Shown in pieces: positions 1 through 7,943 of a stretch of DNA of 64,000 nucleotides. The notes beneath the pieces are model-generated. The model saw only the letters and a list, made by a program, of their open reading frames with translations, made no database searches and was not told where the DNA came from. The position numbers were made by a program, and so were the translations under genes. The stretch comes from Desulfobaccales bacterium (GTDB lineage: Bacteria; Desulfobacterota; Desulfobaccia; Desulfobaccales; 0-14-0-80-60-11), in NCBI GenBank assembly GCA_052139855.1, contig JBKQVS010000115.1:14358-78357 (forward strand). Reading direction: 5' to 3'. Each line of letters begins with the position of its first letter. Position 1 is the first letter of the stretch.

Positions 1-305
1 AATTTGGTGCCCGGGACGACCCCCAGGAACCATCCCCTGGGGAGAAAGGCATCGATGAGCTCCGCCAACGAGACTCCGCTTTCGCAGACCACGGTGCCGG
101 TTTGGGGATCAAAGCTCAGGATTTTATTGAAGCGCCGGGTAAAGATCACCTGCTCATTTAAGGCGCTGTCCCCGTAACTGCGTCCCATCCCATGGGCAAT
201 GCAGTCTTGAGGAGATTTGAGATAATCGCCCAGGGCCTCCTGACTATCAAAGGACCGACCGCGAGCCTGAATTATGGGGAACCGGCCCCACCCGGTAAGT
301 TTCAT
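1..305 (-). CDS. dprE1: DprE1-like FAD-dependent oxidoreductase (decaprenylphosphoryl-beta-D-ribose 2'-oxidase family); only the N-terminal 101 codons are in the window and the gene runs off the left edge
   Basis: Absent from the ORF track because it has no stop in the window. Reverse complement from ATG at 305-303 reads MKLTGWGRFPIIQARGRSFDSQEALGDYLKSPQDCIAHGMGRSYGDSALNEQVIF...VVPGTK. The LTGWGR, G(M/L)GRSYGD and (V/L)PGT blocks match my recollection of the M. tuberculosis DprE1 N-terminus. It lies directly downstream of the Rv3806c-like UbiA gene. Confidence 0.7.
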   Translation of the reverse strand, partial: MKLTGWGRFPIIQARGRSFDSQEALGDYLKSPQDCIAHGMGRSYGDSALNEQVIFTRRFNKILSFDPQTGTVVCESGVSLAELIDAFLPRGWFLGVVPGTK

Positions 306-381
306 AATCTGGCGTAATGGACGTTAGGATTATGGTCATGCATGGTGGTGTCTGTCGGAAAAAGCTTGTTGATATGAACCG

Positions 382-1272
382 TTATTTAATCTCGAAATTA
401 TACAACAGGAAGAAGAAGCTGAGAATCCAAAGCGCCAGGACGGTTTGGAGAAACCGGTCCTGGAGCAAGATCTTGGTGGGAGAAGCGGTGCAATTTTCCA
501 CCAACGCAAGTTGCAGGTATCTTAACAGCCCCACCACTACCCAAATACCCGTAAGATATAACTGGTCGGTGCCGTGTTTTTGAATGGTGTCCGGCGACAC
601 GGTATAAAGAATATAGGCGACAATGATAACCGCGGCCATTACCGCCATGCTGGTGGACACGAATTCCAGGCTGTAACCGTCGATGGAGCGGCGGGCGCTT
701 TGGCCCTCCGCGGCCAGGAGCAGGTCATCCCGGCGCTTGGCCAGGGCCAGAAAAAGGGCCAACAGAAAGGTCATGATGACAATCCAGTGGCTGACGGGCA
801 CCGCCGCGGCCACGCCTCCCGCCAGGACCCGGAGCACAAAGCCCAAGGCAAGGCAGACCAGGTCGATGATGGCTTGATGTTTGAGAAAAAAGGAGTAGGC
901 CACATTGAGGATCAGATAGGCGCCCAGGATTAATAAGAAATCCGGCCTGGGCAGCAAGGCGCCTGCCAAGGCGGCCAGGACCAAGAGCCCGGCCATAAAA
1001 ATCACGGCCCCCCGGGGCGGGATAGCCCCGCTGGCCAGGGGACGGTTTCTCTTGGTGGGATGCCGGCGATCCTCTTCTATATCCTTCAGATCATTGAGGA
1101 CATAGACGCCGCCAGCCGCGCAGCAGAAAGCCGCAAAGGCTATCAGGGTCTGCTCCAGGGCCCCCAGGTCGCCTAATTTTGCCCCAAAAAAGGTGGGCAG
1201 CCAGACAAACCCATTCTTGACAAATTGATGCGGTCGGGCCAGTTGCAGATATAATTTAACTTTGTTGAGCAT
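382..1272 (-). CDS. UbiA-family polyprenyl-phosphate 5-phosphoribosyltransferase (Rv3806c / DPPR synthase-like)
   Basis: 296-aa polytopic ORF. Motifs VYVLNDLKDIEEDRRHPTKRNRPLASGAIP, LKHQAIIDL...LAGGVAA, AKRRDDL and LRYLQL...ILLQDRFLQ are collinear by eye with Rv3806c (VNDVRDVEADREHPTKRFRPIAAG, LKHQAVVE, GKRYAEL, LRYAVD...IALRDRVLQ). The start overlaps the HAD gene stop by 17 nt. Confidence 0.85.
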   Translation of the reverse strand: MLNKVKLYLQLARPHQFVKNGFVWLPTFFGAKLGDLGALEQTLIAFAAFCCAAGGVYVLNDLKDIEEDRRHPTKRNRPLASGAIPPRGAVIFMAGLLVLAALAGALLPRPDFLLILGAYLILNVAYSFFLKHQAIIDLVCLALGFVLRVLAGGVAAAVPVSHWIVIMTFLLALFLALAKRRDDLLLAAEGQSARRSIDGYSLEFVSTSMAVMAAVIIVAYILYTVSPDTIQKHGTDQLYLTGIWVVVGLLRYLQLALVENCTASPTKILLQDRFLQTVLALWILSFFFLLYNFEIK

Positions 1273-1933
1273 CTTTCAACCAGGCGGCGAGCTCATGTAA
1301 TTGGCGGTTTTTCCGGCGGGAAGCCAGAATCAGCCAGGGCATGCCGGCCCGCCGGGCGCAGGCTCCATCTTTGGCCTTCTGATCCCCGACAAACAGGCAC
1401 TCCGGCGCCGGGGCGCCCAACTTTGCCGCCGCCACCAGCAGACCGGCGGGATCGGGTTTTAGCCGGTTGACCTCGGCACAGGTGGCGGATACGATGACCT
1501 GGGCCCTTAATCCCAAGGCCCTGAGCTTGTCCATGGCCGGATAGTCGGAAAAGACGCCGATGGGGATGCCTTGCCGCTGGAGCTGGGAAAATAGGGCTTC
1601 CGCGCCAGGATAGCGGCATGACCGTAAATGGGCCAGCGGCCTTTCAAACATCCACTCCGTAACGACTCCCCGGACCTTCTCCGGGGAGACCCCCGCGGCC
1701 TGGGCGGCCCAGACATACTGCCGGCTTTCCAGGTCGGCGGCAGCCTCTGCCGCATGCTTTTCCCGCATGCTCCGGAAACGCCAGAGGATTCTTAATTCGG
1801 CCATGCGGCCCGGTTGCCGGAGGACGCGCATAAACATCTCCCTCACCATACAGAGGCGGAGCTTCCTTTGATCGTAAAGGGTGCCGTCCACGTCAAAGAT
1901 AACGGCTTTGGGCCTGCAAGGCAACATTGCCAT
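1256..1933 (-). CDS. HAD-superfamily phosphatase
   Basis: 225-aa ORF with motif I VIFDVDGTLYDQ (DxDGT) and motif IV-like FVGDQKAKDGACARRAG. Co-directional and overlapping with the UbiA-family gene. Confidence 0.8.
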   Translation of the reverse strand: MAMLPCRPKAVIFDVDGTLYDQRKLRLCMVREMFMRVLRQPGRMAELRILWRFRSMREKHAAEAAADLESRQYVWAAQAAGVSPEKVRGVVTEWMFERPLAHLRSCRYPGAEALFSQLQRQGIPIGVFSDYPAMDKLRALGLRAQVIVSATCAEVNRLKPDPAGLLVAAAKLGAPAPECLFVGDQKAKDGACARRAGMPWLILASRRKNRQLHELAAWLKDAQQS

Positions 1934-2032
1934 AATCCGGGATGAGCAGTTGATCTCCAGTCTTCCCGGTAATCCTCCTGGCCGGGTATTTCATCTTAGC
2001 AAAATTCTCTCATTTTGAATGGTCCAATTTTC

Positions 2033-2409
2033 GGGGGCAGGCCAAATGAGGTCATCTTGCCGGGATTTACCTGTTCGGTCAAGCCCAATGCCGTCTGGCG
2101 CCCCGGGGCCAGGAAAGCCTGAGAAGGAAGGAGTTGCTGAAGAATTATCTTTGCTTGACACGAGGTGCCGGTTGGGGTCACTATCTGCCCGAGGCTTATG
2201 AAGATCGGCATCCGGATATTGTGCCGTTGCGGTTTGGGTTCACCCATCCCGAGACCAGGAAACTCGACCGACAAAGGTCAAAATTTATTGACGTAAGCTG
2301 GACCTGGTTTCGCAGTCCCATAATTTGCACCGGTAGCATAGAAGAGTTGGGTTATGCACCCGGAAGTTGCCCCACGGCCGAAAGAATCGGGTCGGAAATT
2401 ATTAACTGA
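2033..2409 (+). pseudogene. DegT/DnrJ/EryC1-type aminotransferase relic (heavily deleted, frame-shifted)
   Basis: One frame (2033-2119) reads GGRPNEVILPGFTCSVKPNAVWRPGARKA*. Compare GPGDEVIVPAMTFIASATPVWHVGARPV in the intact paralog at 4320-5459. Another frame ends ...ELGYAPGSCPTAERIGSEIIN* (2409), resembling the DegT C-terminal ...P.AE......LP block. About 250 codons of an intact enzyme are missing. Confidence 0.55.
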
Positions 2410-2622
2410 CCGTGCGTCGTATCAAAAAAATGGCGTCAGCAGTTGCTGGAGAACTATAAATGGATAGTCAGTTCAAACTGATAAGGATTTAAGTTAAAAT
2501 TTTCCCTAAATCTGGAACGATACCGAAGCGAACAGAAAAAAGGATTTTTTGGCTTTATCTAAGCCTCTCCAACGGGTTTGGGGAGGTTCATTGATTTTTC
2601 ATGCTATCCTGAGAGATAATTT

Positions 2623-3125
2623 ATGGTGAGCCAGGAACATGACCAACAAATCCGCGTTTCCCGCGCCTTTGTCGGACGGGAAGAGGCGGAAGCCGCGGCC
2701 CCTACCTTTGGCTGCCGCCATCGGGGTCGAATGATCGGCACTTTCGGGGACATTGCCTGTTTCAGCTTTGACGGGATCAAAAATATCACCAGCGGTGAAG
2801 GCGGGGCAGTAGTGACCGGAGACGCCCGGGTGGCCCAGGCCCGGATTTACCGGCAAAGACTGGCCCCTATTCACGGGCTCCGGCTGCTGGACCCCGATCG
2901 GGAGGAGGTGGTCCCCCATATCCAGCCGGTCCGGGGGTTGGATGGGCAGCGGAACGACTGGCGGGACTTCCTGCGCCGGGGGGCGTCGAGACCGGCATCC
3001 ATGATAAGCCCAACCAATTGCTCAGCTTTTTCAGGGAGGGCCTGATGAAACTACCGGTGACCGAGCAACTTTACCAGGAATTGCTGACCTTGCCTCTCCA
3101 TCCCCACCTGACGGATGGTCAGGGG
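2623..3125 (+). pseudogene. DegT/DnrJ/EryC1-type aminotransferase relic (N-terminus missing, at least one frameshift)
   Basis: Frame A carries the PLP-lysine block GTFGDIACFSFDGIKNITSGEGGAVVTGD. A second frame from about 2985 reads GVETGIHDKPNQLLSFFREGLMKLPVTEQLYQELLTLPLHPHLT, the typical DegT C-terminus. No frame covers both, and roughly the first 130 residues are absent. Confidence 0.7.
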
Positions 3126-3172
3126 CGCAGGCCAGACTCTCATGCCATTTTTGCGATAGCCGGGGGAATAAC

Positions 3173-4078
3173 ATGCCTACGGACCATGTGAAGAAAAGTT
3201 ATGCCGCGCATGAAATAGAATATGCGCAATACAGCGCCGGCGGACTGAAAGAGGCCCATGCTAAAACGTGGCTGCGAGATGATACGGTGGACGCATGGCG
3301 GCATAATCGTCTCTATCATACCATTGACCCGTTGCTGTTAAGTTATCCCGACGCTACCTGGCTAACCGTTGGAGATGGCCGATATGGGAAAGACGCCCAC
3401 TATATCCAGGCCAGAGGTGGTAAGGTTTTGGCAACGAATATTTCCGACCATCTCTTAAAAGAAGCCTATGATGCCGGTCTTATTTCGCAATATCAAAAAG
3501 AGAACGCCGAAGCTTTATCTTTTCCGGCTGATTCTTTTGATTTCGTGTTCTGCAAAGAATCTTATCATCATTTTCCCCGGCCAATGTTGGCCTTATACGA
3601 AATGCTCAGGGTTTGCAAAAAAGGTTTGGTATTGATCGAAGGGAACGATTCCTTTATTGCATCTGACCTTCCCGGACTTTTATGGTTAAGCATAAAATAT
3701 ATCTTGGATTTCTTGTCAATCAGGAAAATGGTGCCTCATGGTTTCGAAGAAGAATCGGTAAATTATGTTTATACCATATCACCACGGGAAGTAGAGAAAG
3801 CAGCAGCTGGTTTAAATTTGCGTACCGTAGCAGTAAAGGGAATCAATGACCAGCATATTGCGGGTGTTGAATATGAGAAAATTGAACAAAATTCCAAGTT
3901 ATTTAGGAAAATAAAGCGCATAATAAGTTTCCGGGATTTCTTATGTAAGATTAAATTGAAACCGTACTCCATATTGGTTATTATCATTTTCAAAGAAGAG
4001 CCTGGGGACGAAATAAAAAATGCATTGAAATTGGCGAATTATCGAGTAGTTGATTTGCCGAAGAACCCCCACGTATGA
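3173..4078 (+). CDS. Class I SAM-dependent methyltransferase
   Basis: 301 aa. Motif I-like WLTVGDGRYGKD and post-I/II region ENAEALSFPADSFDFVFCKESYHHFPRPMLALYEMLRVCKKGLVLIE (Methyltransf_11-like). Lies in a low-GC island. Confidence 0.7.
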   Translation: MPTDHVKKSYAAHEIEYAQYSAGGLKEAHAKTWLRDDTVDAWRHNRLYHTIDPLLLSYPDATWLTVGDGRYGKDAHYIQARGGKVLATNISDHLLKEAYDAGLISQYQKENAEALSFPADSFDFVFCKESYHHFPRPMLALYEMLRVCKKGLVLIEGNDSFIASDLPGLLWLSIKYILDFLSIRKMVPHGFEEESVNYVYTISPREVEKAAAGLNLRTVAVKGINDQHIAGVEYEKIEQNSKLFRKIKRIISFRDFLCKIKLKPYSILVIIIFKEEPGDEIKNALKLANYRVVDLPKNPHV

Positions 4079-4319
4079 GCCGCCCATCTTGGCAAAAGAG
4101 GTGCTGAGATGTGTTTAGCAGGTGGTAAACTCCTAAAAGAAACAGGCTAATCGTATCAGAAGGGGGCGGCACCCGAACCGGCCTGATCTGCCCAAGATGG
4201 TTGCACGGTTCAAAGAGGAGAGCTCTGAGGCTACAATTTATCGCGGTATCAGCTCAAAACCAAAAAGTGATTCAGAGCAGGGTGGGGCTCAGCAGGTCTT
4301 TGGGGTTCTTGAGGTGATG

Positions 4320-5459
4320 CTAAACTTTCTGCAGCGGCTTTATGGTCAGAATTTCCCTTAGTGTATTGCACACATAAGCAACTTCTTCTTTCCTGAGCAA
4401 GGGATAAAGAGGCAGGGAAATAGTCCGCTGCCCGATTTCTAGTGCCACCGGGAAATCCTCCGGGGCGTGGCCAAGATTTTCGATGAAGTACTTGTGGGTG
4501 TGGATGGCGCGATAGTTGACCGCAACACCGATCCCTTTCTCCTGAAGTCCTCGCAGGATGCCGTCCCGTTTAGCTCCAGGCACCCAGACGGTATAAAGAT
4601 GACAGGCGGTCTTGCCTGGCCTGGCGGGAATGGCGAGGCCCGGCGTGCCGTGCAGCAAGGTGTCGTACTCTTCGCAAAGGTGCAGGCGGCGTTGCCACTG
4701 AGTGTCCAATCTGTCTATCTGGCCTACCAAAATGGCGGCCAGAATATCGCTGAGGTTGTATTTCCAGCCAAGGGTCGTCATATCCCAATGTTGATAAGTG
4801 CCAGTGTATCGGCCAGCAGCTTCCTTGTTCATGCCATGCTGGCGAAGGCTGTGGACCATCTTGGCCAAATCGGGATTATTGGTTGCCAGGGCGCCGCCCT
4901 CGCCGCAGGTGAGGTTTTTGGTAGCATAAAAGCTGTAACAGGCTGCGTCGGCCAACTGACCGGGGCGGATGTCATCGCGCCTCCCCTCGATGCAATGGGC
5001 GCAGTCTTCCACGATGAACAACCCGTGTTTTCGGGCCAGGGCTGACAGGGCCTGCATGTCCGCCATGGCGCCATACAGGTGTACCGGGATGATGGCCTTG
5101 GTGTGGGGCGTGATCGCGGCTTCGACTTTGGCCACGTCCAGCAAACCGGTTTGCCGTTCAACGTCGACGAGCACCGGCCGGGCTCCCACATGCCAGACCG
5201 GGGTGGCGGAAGCGATGAAGGTCATGGCGGGAACGATGACCTCGTCCCCCGGCCCGATGCCGAGGCCAAGCAAGGCCAGGTGCAGCGCCGCGGTGCAGGA
5301 ATTGAGTGACACTACATGCGCCAGGCCGGTATAACGGGCAAATTTCTGCTCAAACTCTTTGGCGGCCGGACCGGTAGTCAGGAAGATGGAATGCAGTACT
5401 TCAGTTACGGCCCGGATGTCGTCCTCGTTCAAAGAGTGACGGTAAAATTCGACTTTCAT
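4320..5459 (-). CDS. DegT/DnrJ/EryC1/StrS-family sugar aminotransferase (PLP-dependent)
   Basis: Motifs GPGDEVIVPAMTFIASA, IVEDCAHC and CYSFYATKNLTCGEGGALATN (PLP-Lys block). I prefer the start at M25 (ATG 5459-5457), which is preceded by GGAGG (reverse complement of 5461-5467). The track's 5531 start is probably an extension. Confidence 0.9.
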   Translation of the reverse strand: MKVEFYRHSLNEDDIRAVTEVLHSIFLTTGPAAKEFEQKFARYTGLAHVVSLNSCTAALHLALLGLGIGPGDEVIVPAMTFIASATPVWHVGARPVLVDVERQTGLLDVAKVEAAITPHTKAIIPVHLYGAMADMQALSALARKHGLFIVEDCAHCIEGRRDDIRPGQLADAACYSFYATKNLTCGEGGALATNNPDLAKMVHSLRQHGMNKEAAGRYTGTYQHWDMTTLGWKYNLSDILAAILVGQIDRLDTQWQRRLHLCEEYDTLLHGTPGLAIPARPGKTACHLYTVWVPGAKRDGILRGLQEKGIGVAVNYRAIHTHKYFIENLGHAPEDFPVALEIGQRTISLPLYPLLRKEEVAYVCNTLREILTIKPLQKV

Positions 5460-5603
5460 GTGCCTCCGTTCTTTATGCCGGTGGAGAAAAGGAGATAGTC
5501 GGAGCTTTGGGTCGGGAACCTGTGCCGGCATCGGCCCCAGCGCAATGCCGCATCAGGAATGGTGGCCTGTCATATGGGTGGTAATCAACCATTTTCTGCA
5601 CCC

Positions 5604-6650
5604 TTAATGCAATTCCCTAATACCAGCCGCGGAAATAATGGGAATGTGTCGCATCCACAGCAAGCGGCGCCACCAGTCCTCGTTGTCCATATACCACTGG
5701 ATAGTCGAGCGCAACCCATCCGCCCAGGCTACTTGCGGGGTCCAACCGAGTGTCCTTTTGATTTTGGAAGCGTCGCAGGTATGGCGCATCACTTGCCCGG
5801 GACGGTCGCCGATATGAATAGTGCACTCATTTCCCCGACACATGTCAGAAGTGATATCTTCTGCAATAGACAGGATCGTCCGGTGCTCACAGGAGCCGAC
5901 ATTGAAAACTTCACCAACTACCAATTCTGCCGGAGCATGGAGCACCAGGTCCAGGGCATGGCAGGTATCATCCACATGGATGAAGTCTCGGGAAGCCTGA
6001 CCGTTGCCGTGGACGCGCAACTTTTCTCTGAGAATGACACTGGTGATAAATCGAGGGATAACTTTTTCCAGGTGTTGGCGTGGACCATAGTTGTTGAAGG
6101 GCCTGATGATGACCGCAGGGATATTATAGGTAGCCCAATAAGAAGAGACCAGACGGTCAGCGCCGGCCTTAGCCGCGGCATAAGGGCTCATGGGATTAAG
6201 GTAGTGATTCTCATCCATAATAGGGGCCAGGGCGGTGCCATACACCTCAGAGGTGGAGATATGGATAAAGCGAGTGACCTGGTCCCTGAACTTACATACC
6301 GCATTAGATACTATCTGTGTGCCAATAACGTCGGTTTGAAAAAATTGCAGGTTGTCATAGATGGAGCGGGTTACATGGCTTTCCGCCGCGAAATGGACAA
6401 TATAGTCTGATTGCGAGACGAGGGTATCCATCAGCTCGGCATTGGTGACGTTACCATAAATGAATTCGAAACGTCTTTCCGGATCTCCGTTCCATACGGG
6501 AGCGGGAAAATTCTCAACTGAGCCGGCGTAAGTGAGGGAGTCTATGACGATGATTTTGTACTCCGGATACTTGTTATAAATATAATGGGTGAAATTGGAA
6601 CCGATGAACCCTGCCCCTCCGGTGATCAGTATGGTTTTCTCAGGTTTCAA
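5604..6650 (-). CDS. rfbB: NDP-hexose 4,6-dehydratase, dTDP-glucose 4,6-dehydratase-like (extended SDR)
   Basis: 348 aa. ILITGGAGFIGSNFTHYIYNKYPEYKIIVIDSLTYAGSVENF is the RfbB-type N-terminus, and SPYAAAKAGADRL supplies YxxxK. A 4-nt start/stop overlap with the upstream WbqC-like gene. Confidence 0.8.
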   Translation of the reverse strand: MKPEKTILITGGAGFIGSNFTHYIYNKYPEYKIIVIDSLTYAGSVENFPAPVWNGDPERRFEFIYGNVTNAELMDTLVSQSDYIVHFAAESHVTRSIYDNLQFFQTDVIGTQIVSNAVCKFRDQVTRFIHISTSEVYGTALAPIMDENHYLNPMSPYAAAKAGADRLVSSYWATYNIPAVIIRPFNNYGPRQHLEKVIPRFITSVILREKLRVHGNGQASRDFIHVDDTCHALDLVLHAPAELVVGEVFNVGSCEHRTILSIAEDITSDMCRGNECTIHIGDRPGQVMRHTCDASKIKRTLGWTPQVAWADGLRSTIQWYMDNEDWWRRLLWMRHIPIISAAGIRELH

Positions 6651-7384
6651 AGAGCGTTTCCTCCCTGTAGCAGAATTTCCAGGCTAGCCGGCCCGTGGTT
6701 AAAGACCAAGTCGATGATGGAAAGATAAGGAATAAACGCCCCGTGCAGTTGGGTGTAAACGGGATGAACATATTCCTGGTACACGAGATTTATGTTGTTA
6801 TCGGCAAAGAGCGCAGCATCGATGTAGTTTTTCCCGGAAGCCCCCTCATAGAAAGTGGTGGCGCCAAGGGACATTAATATTTCCAAAAGACGCTCGGATT
6901 TCTTGCCGGTAATGCGAAGCTCCGATGCCAGCACGGTGGGGGTGGTAATCCCCAACCCCTCGGCAAGCAGGCTTAAAAGTTCCAGGTTTAAATCCATCAG
7001 GAATTCATGGCCTTTCTCAATTACAGCAAAAAGTTTCGGGCCGTATGCCTCAAAATACGGGGCCTTGCGGTAGTTCTGTTCAATGGATTTAAGGTGTTTT
7101 TTCCCCCATTTCTCAGCTTGGTTGATGCGCACGTCCCGGATGAGGGGAAAATTCTGTCCTTTAATGAGAACAGGCACCGTAAGCCATTGCGGGCCGGTTG
7201 GGCCCTTGATGCGGTTACGGTTGCGCCAGCTGCCCTTTTCGAACTGGACATCATCGTAATAAACAAAAAGATCAACCTGCTGCAACTGCTCGAAAAAGCC
7301 TAACCACGGCAAGTAGCTGGGTTGGAGTATGCCCACGCAGCGGGATGGGGTTTGGGGTGGCGATTTTATACTGGTCAAGGTCAT
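6647..7384 (-). CDS. WbqC-like family protein (function unknown; associated with amino-sugar O-antigen loci)
   Basis: 245 aa. GILQPSYLPWLGFFEQLQQVDLFVYYDDVQFEKGSWRNRNRIK...WLTVPV matches my recollection of the WbqC family N-terminal signature. First gene of a 3-gene minus-strand operon. Confidence 0.75.
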   Translation of the reverse strand: MTLTSIKSPPQTPSRCVGILQPSYLPWLGFFEQLQQVDLFVYYDDVQFEKGSWRNRNRIKGPTGPQWLTVPVLIKGQNFPLIRDVRINQAEKWGKKHLKSIEQNYRKAPYFEAYGPKLFAVIEKGHEFLMDLNLELLSLLAEGLGITTPTVLASELRITGKKSERLLEILMSLGATTFYEGASGKNYIDAALFADNNINLVYQEYVHPVYTQLHGAFIPYLSIIDLVFNHGPASLEILLQGGNAL

Positions 7385-7751
7385 GTTTCAAGGGGCTGAT
7401 TCTGCTTGCCGACGCTATTTTCAGGCCAAAACACTATTGGCGACGTTCTTGGCAATTAAAGATAATATGAAAACATAATATTCGTCAAGTAAAGAGAATT
7501 GCACCTCAGCCGGGACTGGAGAAGCTATCGATCCAGAGACGGTCTGCGGGAAAAATCCGAAGCCGGCGTGGAGTGGTGCCCCAAAATGAAACTTTTATAA
7601 TCTCCTCGGGGCTGCCCTCAAAGGCCTTACCATCATCTCCAGATTCTCTTACCGGAGCTGGATGGGCGCTTCTTCCACCGTTGCTTACCTTCGGCTTTTT
7701 AAGGGCCAGTCCAGGCGGTCCAGCCCGAGGGGAGCAAGCCGCGGGGAAGCC

Positions 7752-7779
7752 TTGACAGTCTGGCGCCGCATGCTATAAT
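7752..7779 (+). promoter_or_regulatory. Candidate sigma70-type promoter (perfect consensus hexamers)
   Basis: TTGACA (7752-7757), a 16-nt spacer, then TATAAT (7774-7779), about 165 nt upstream of the 7944 ATG. Sequence-only prediction. Confidence 0.45.
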
Positions 7780-7943
7780 TCTTTGCGTCCGGGGAGGTTG
7801 TAAAGAGACTTTCAAGGCGCATGATCTGAATGAAGGAATGTTCGGATACGTGTCTATGACCTTATTGGGACTAGTAGTGCTAGGGTTGCCGGTATAATCT
7901 CGCTAATATTTATTATAGGCGATAAAGGAGAATAATCAAATAA

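Noticed and set aside
2021-2043. A possible third, diverged copy of the IS3-type inverted repeat. The reverse complement GGCCTGCCCCCGAAAATTGGACC shares CCTGCCCCC plus 9 of the next 13 bases with the repeat at 20916.
   Set aside because: A 9-mer match is expected by chance about once in a window this size. The similarity decays quickly. The same bases are better explained as coding remnants of a DegT relic (GGRPNEVILPG).
4083-4200. A 9-bp inverted repeat (CCATCTTGG / CCAAGATGG) about 100 bp apart in the convergent intergenic region 4079-4319.
   Set aside because: It is short and imperfect beyond 9 bp, with no T-run or other terminator or mobile-element signature. Chance is plausible.
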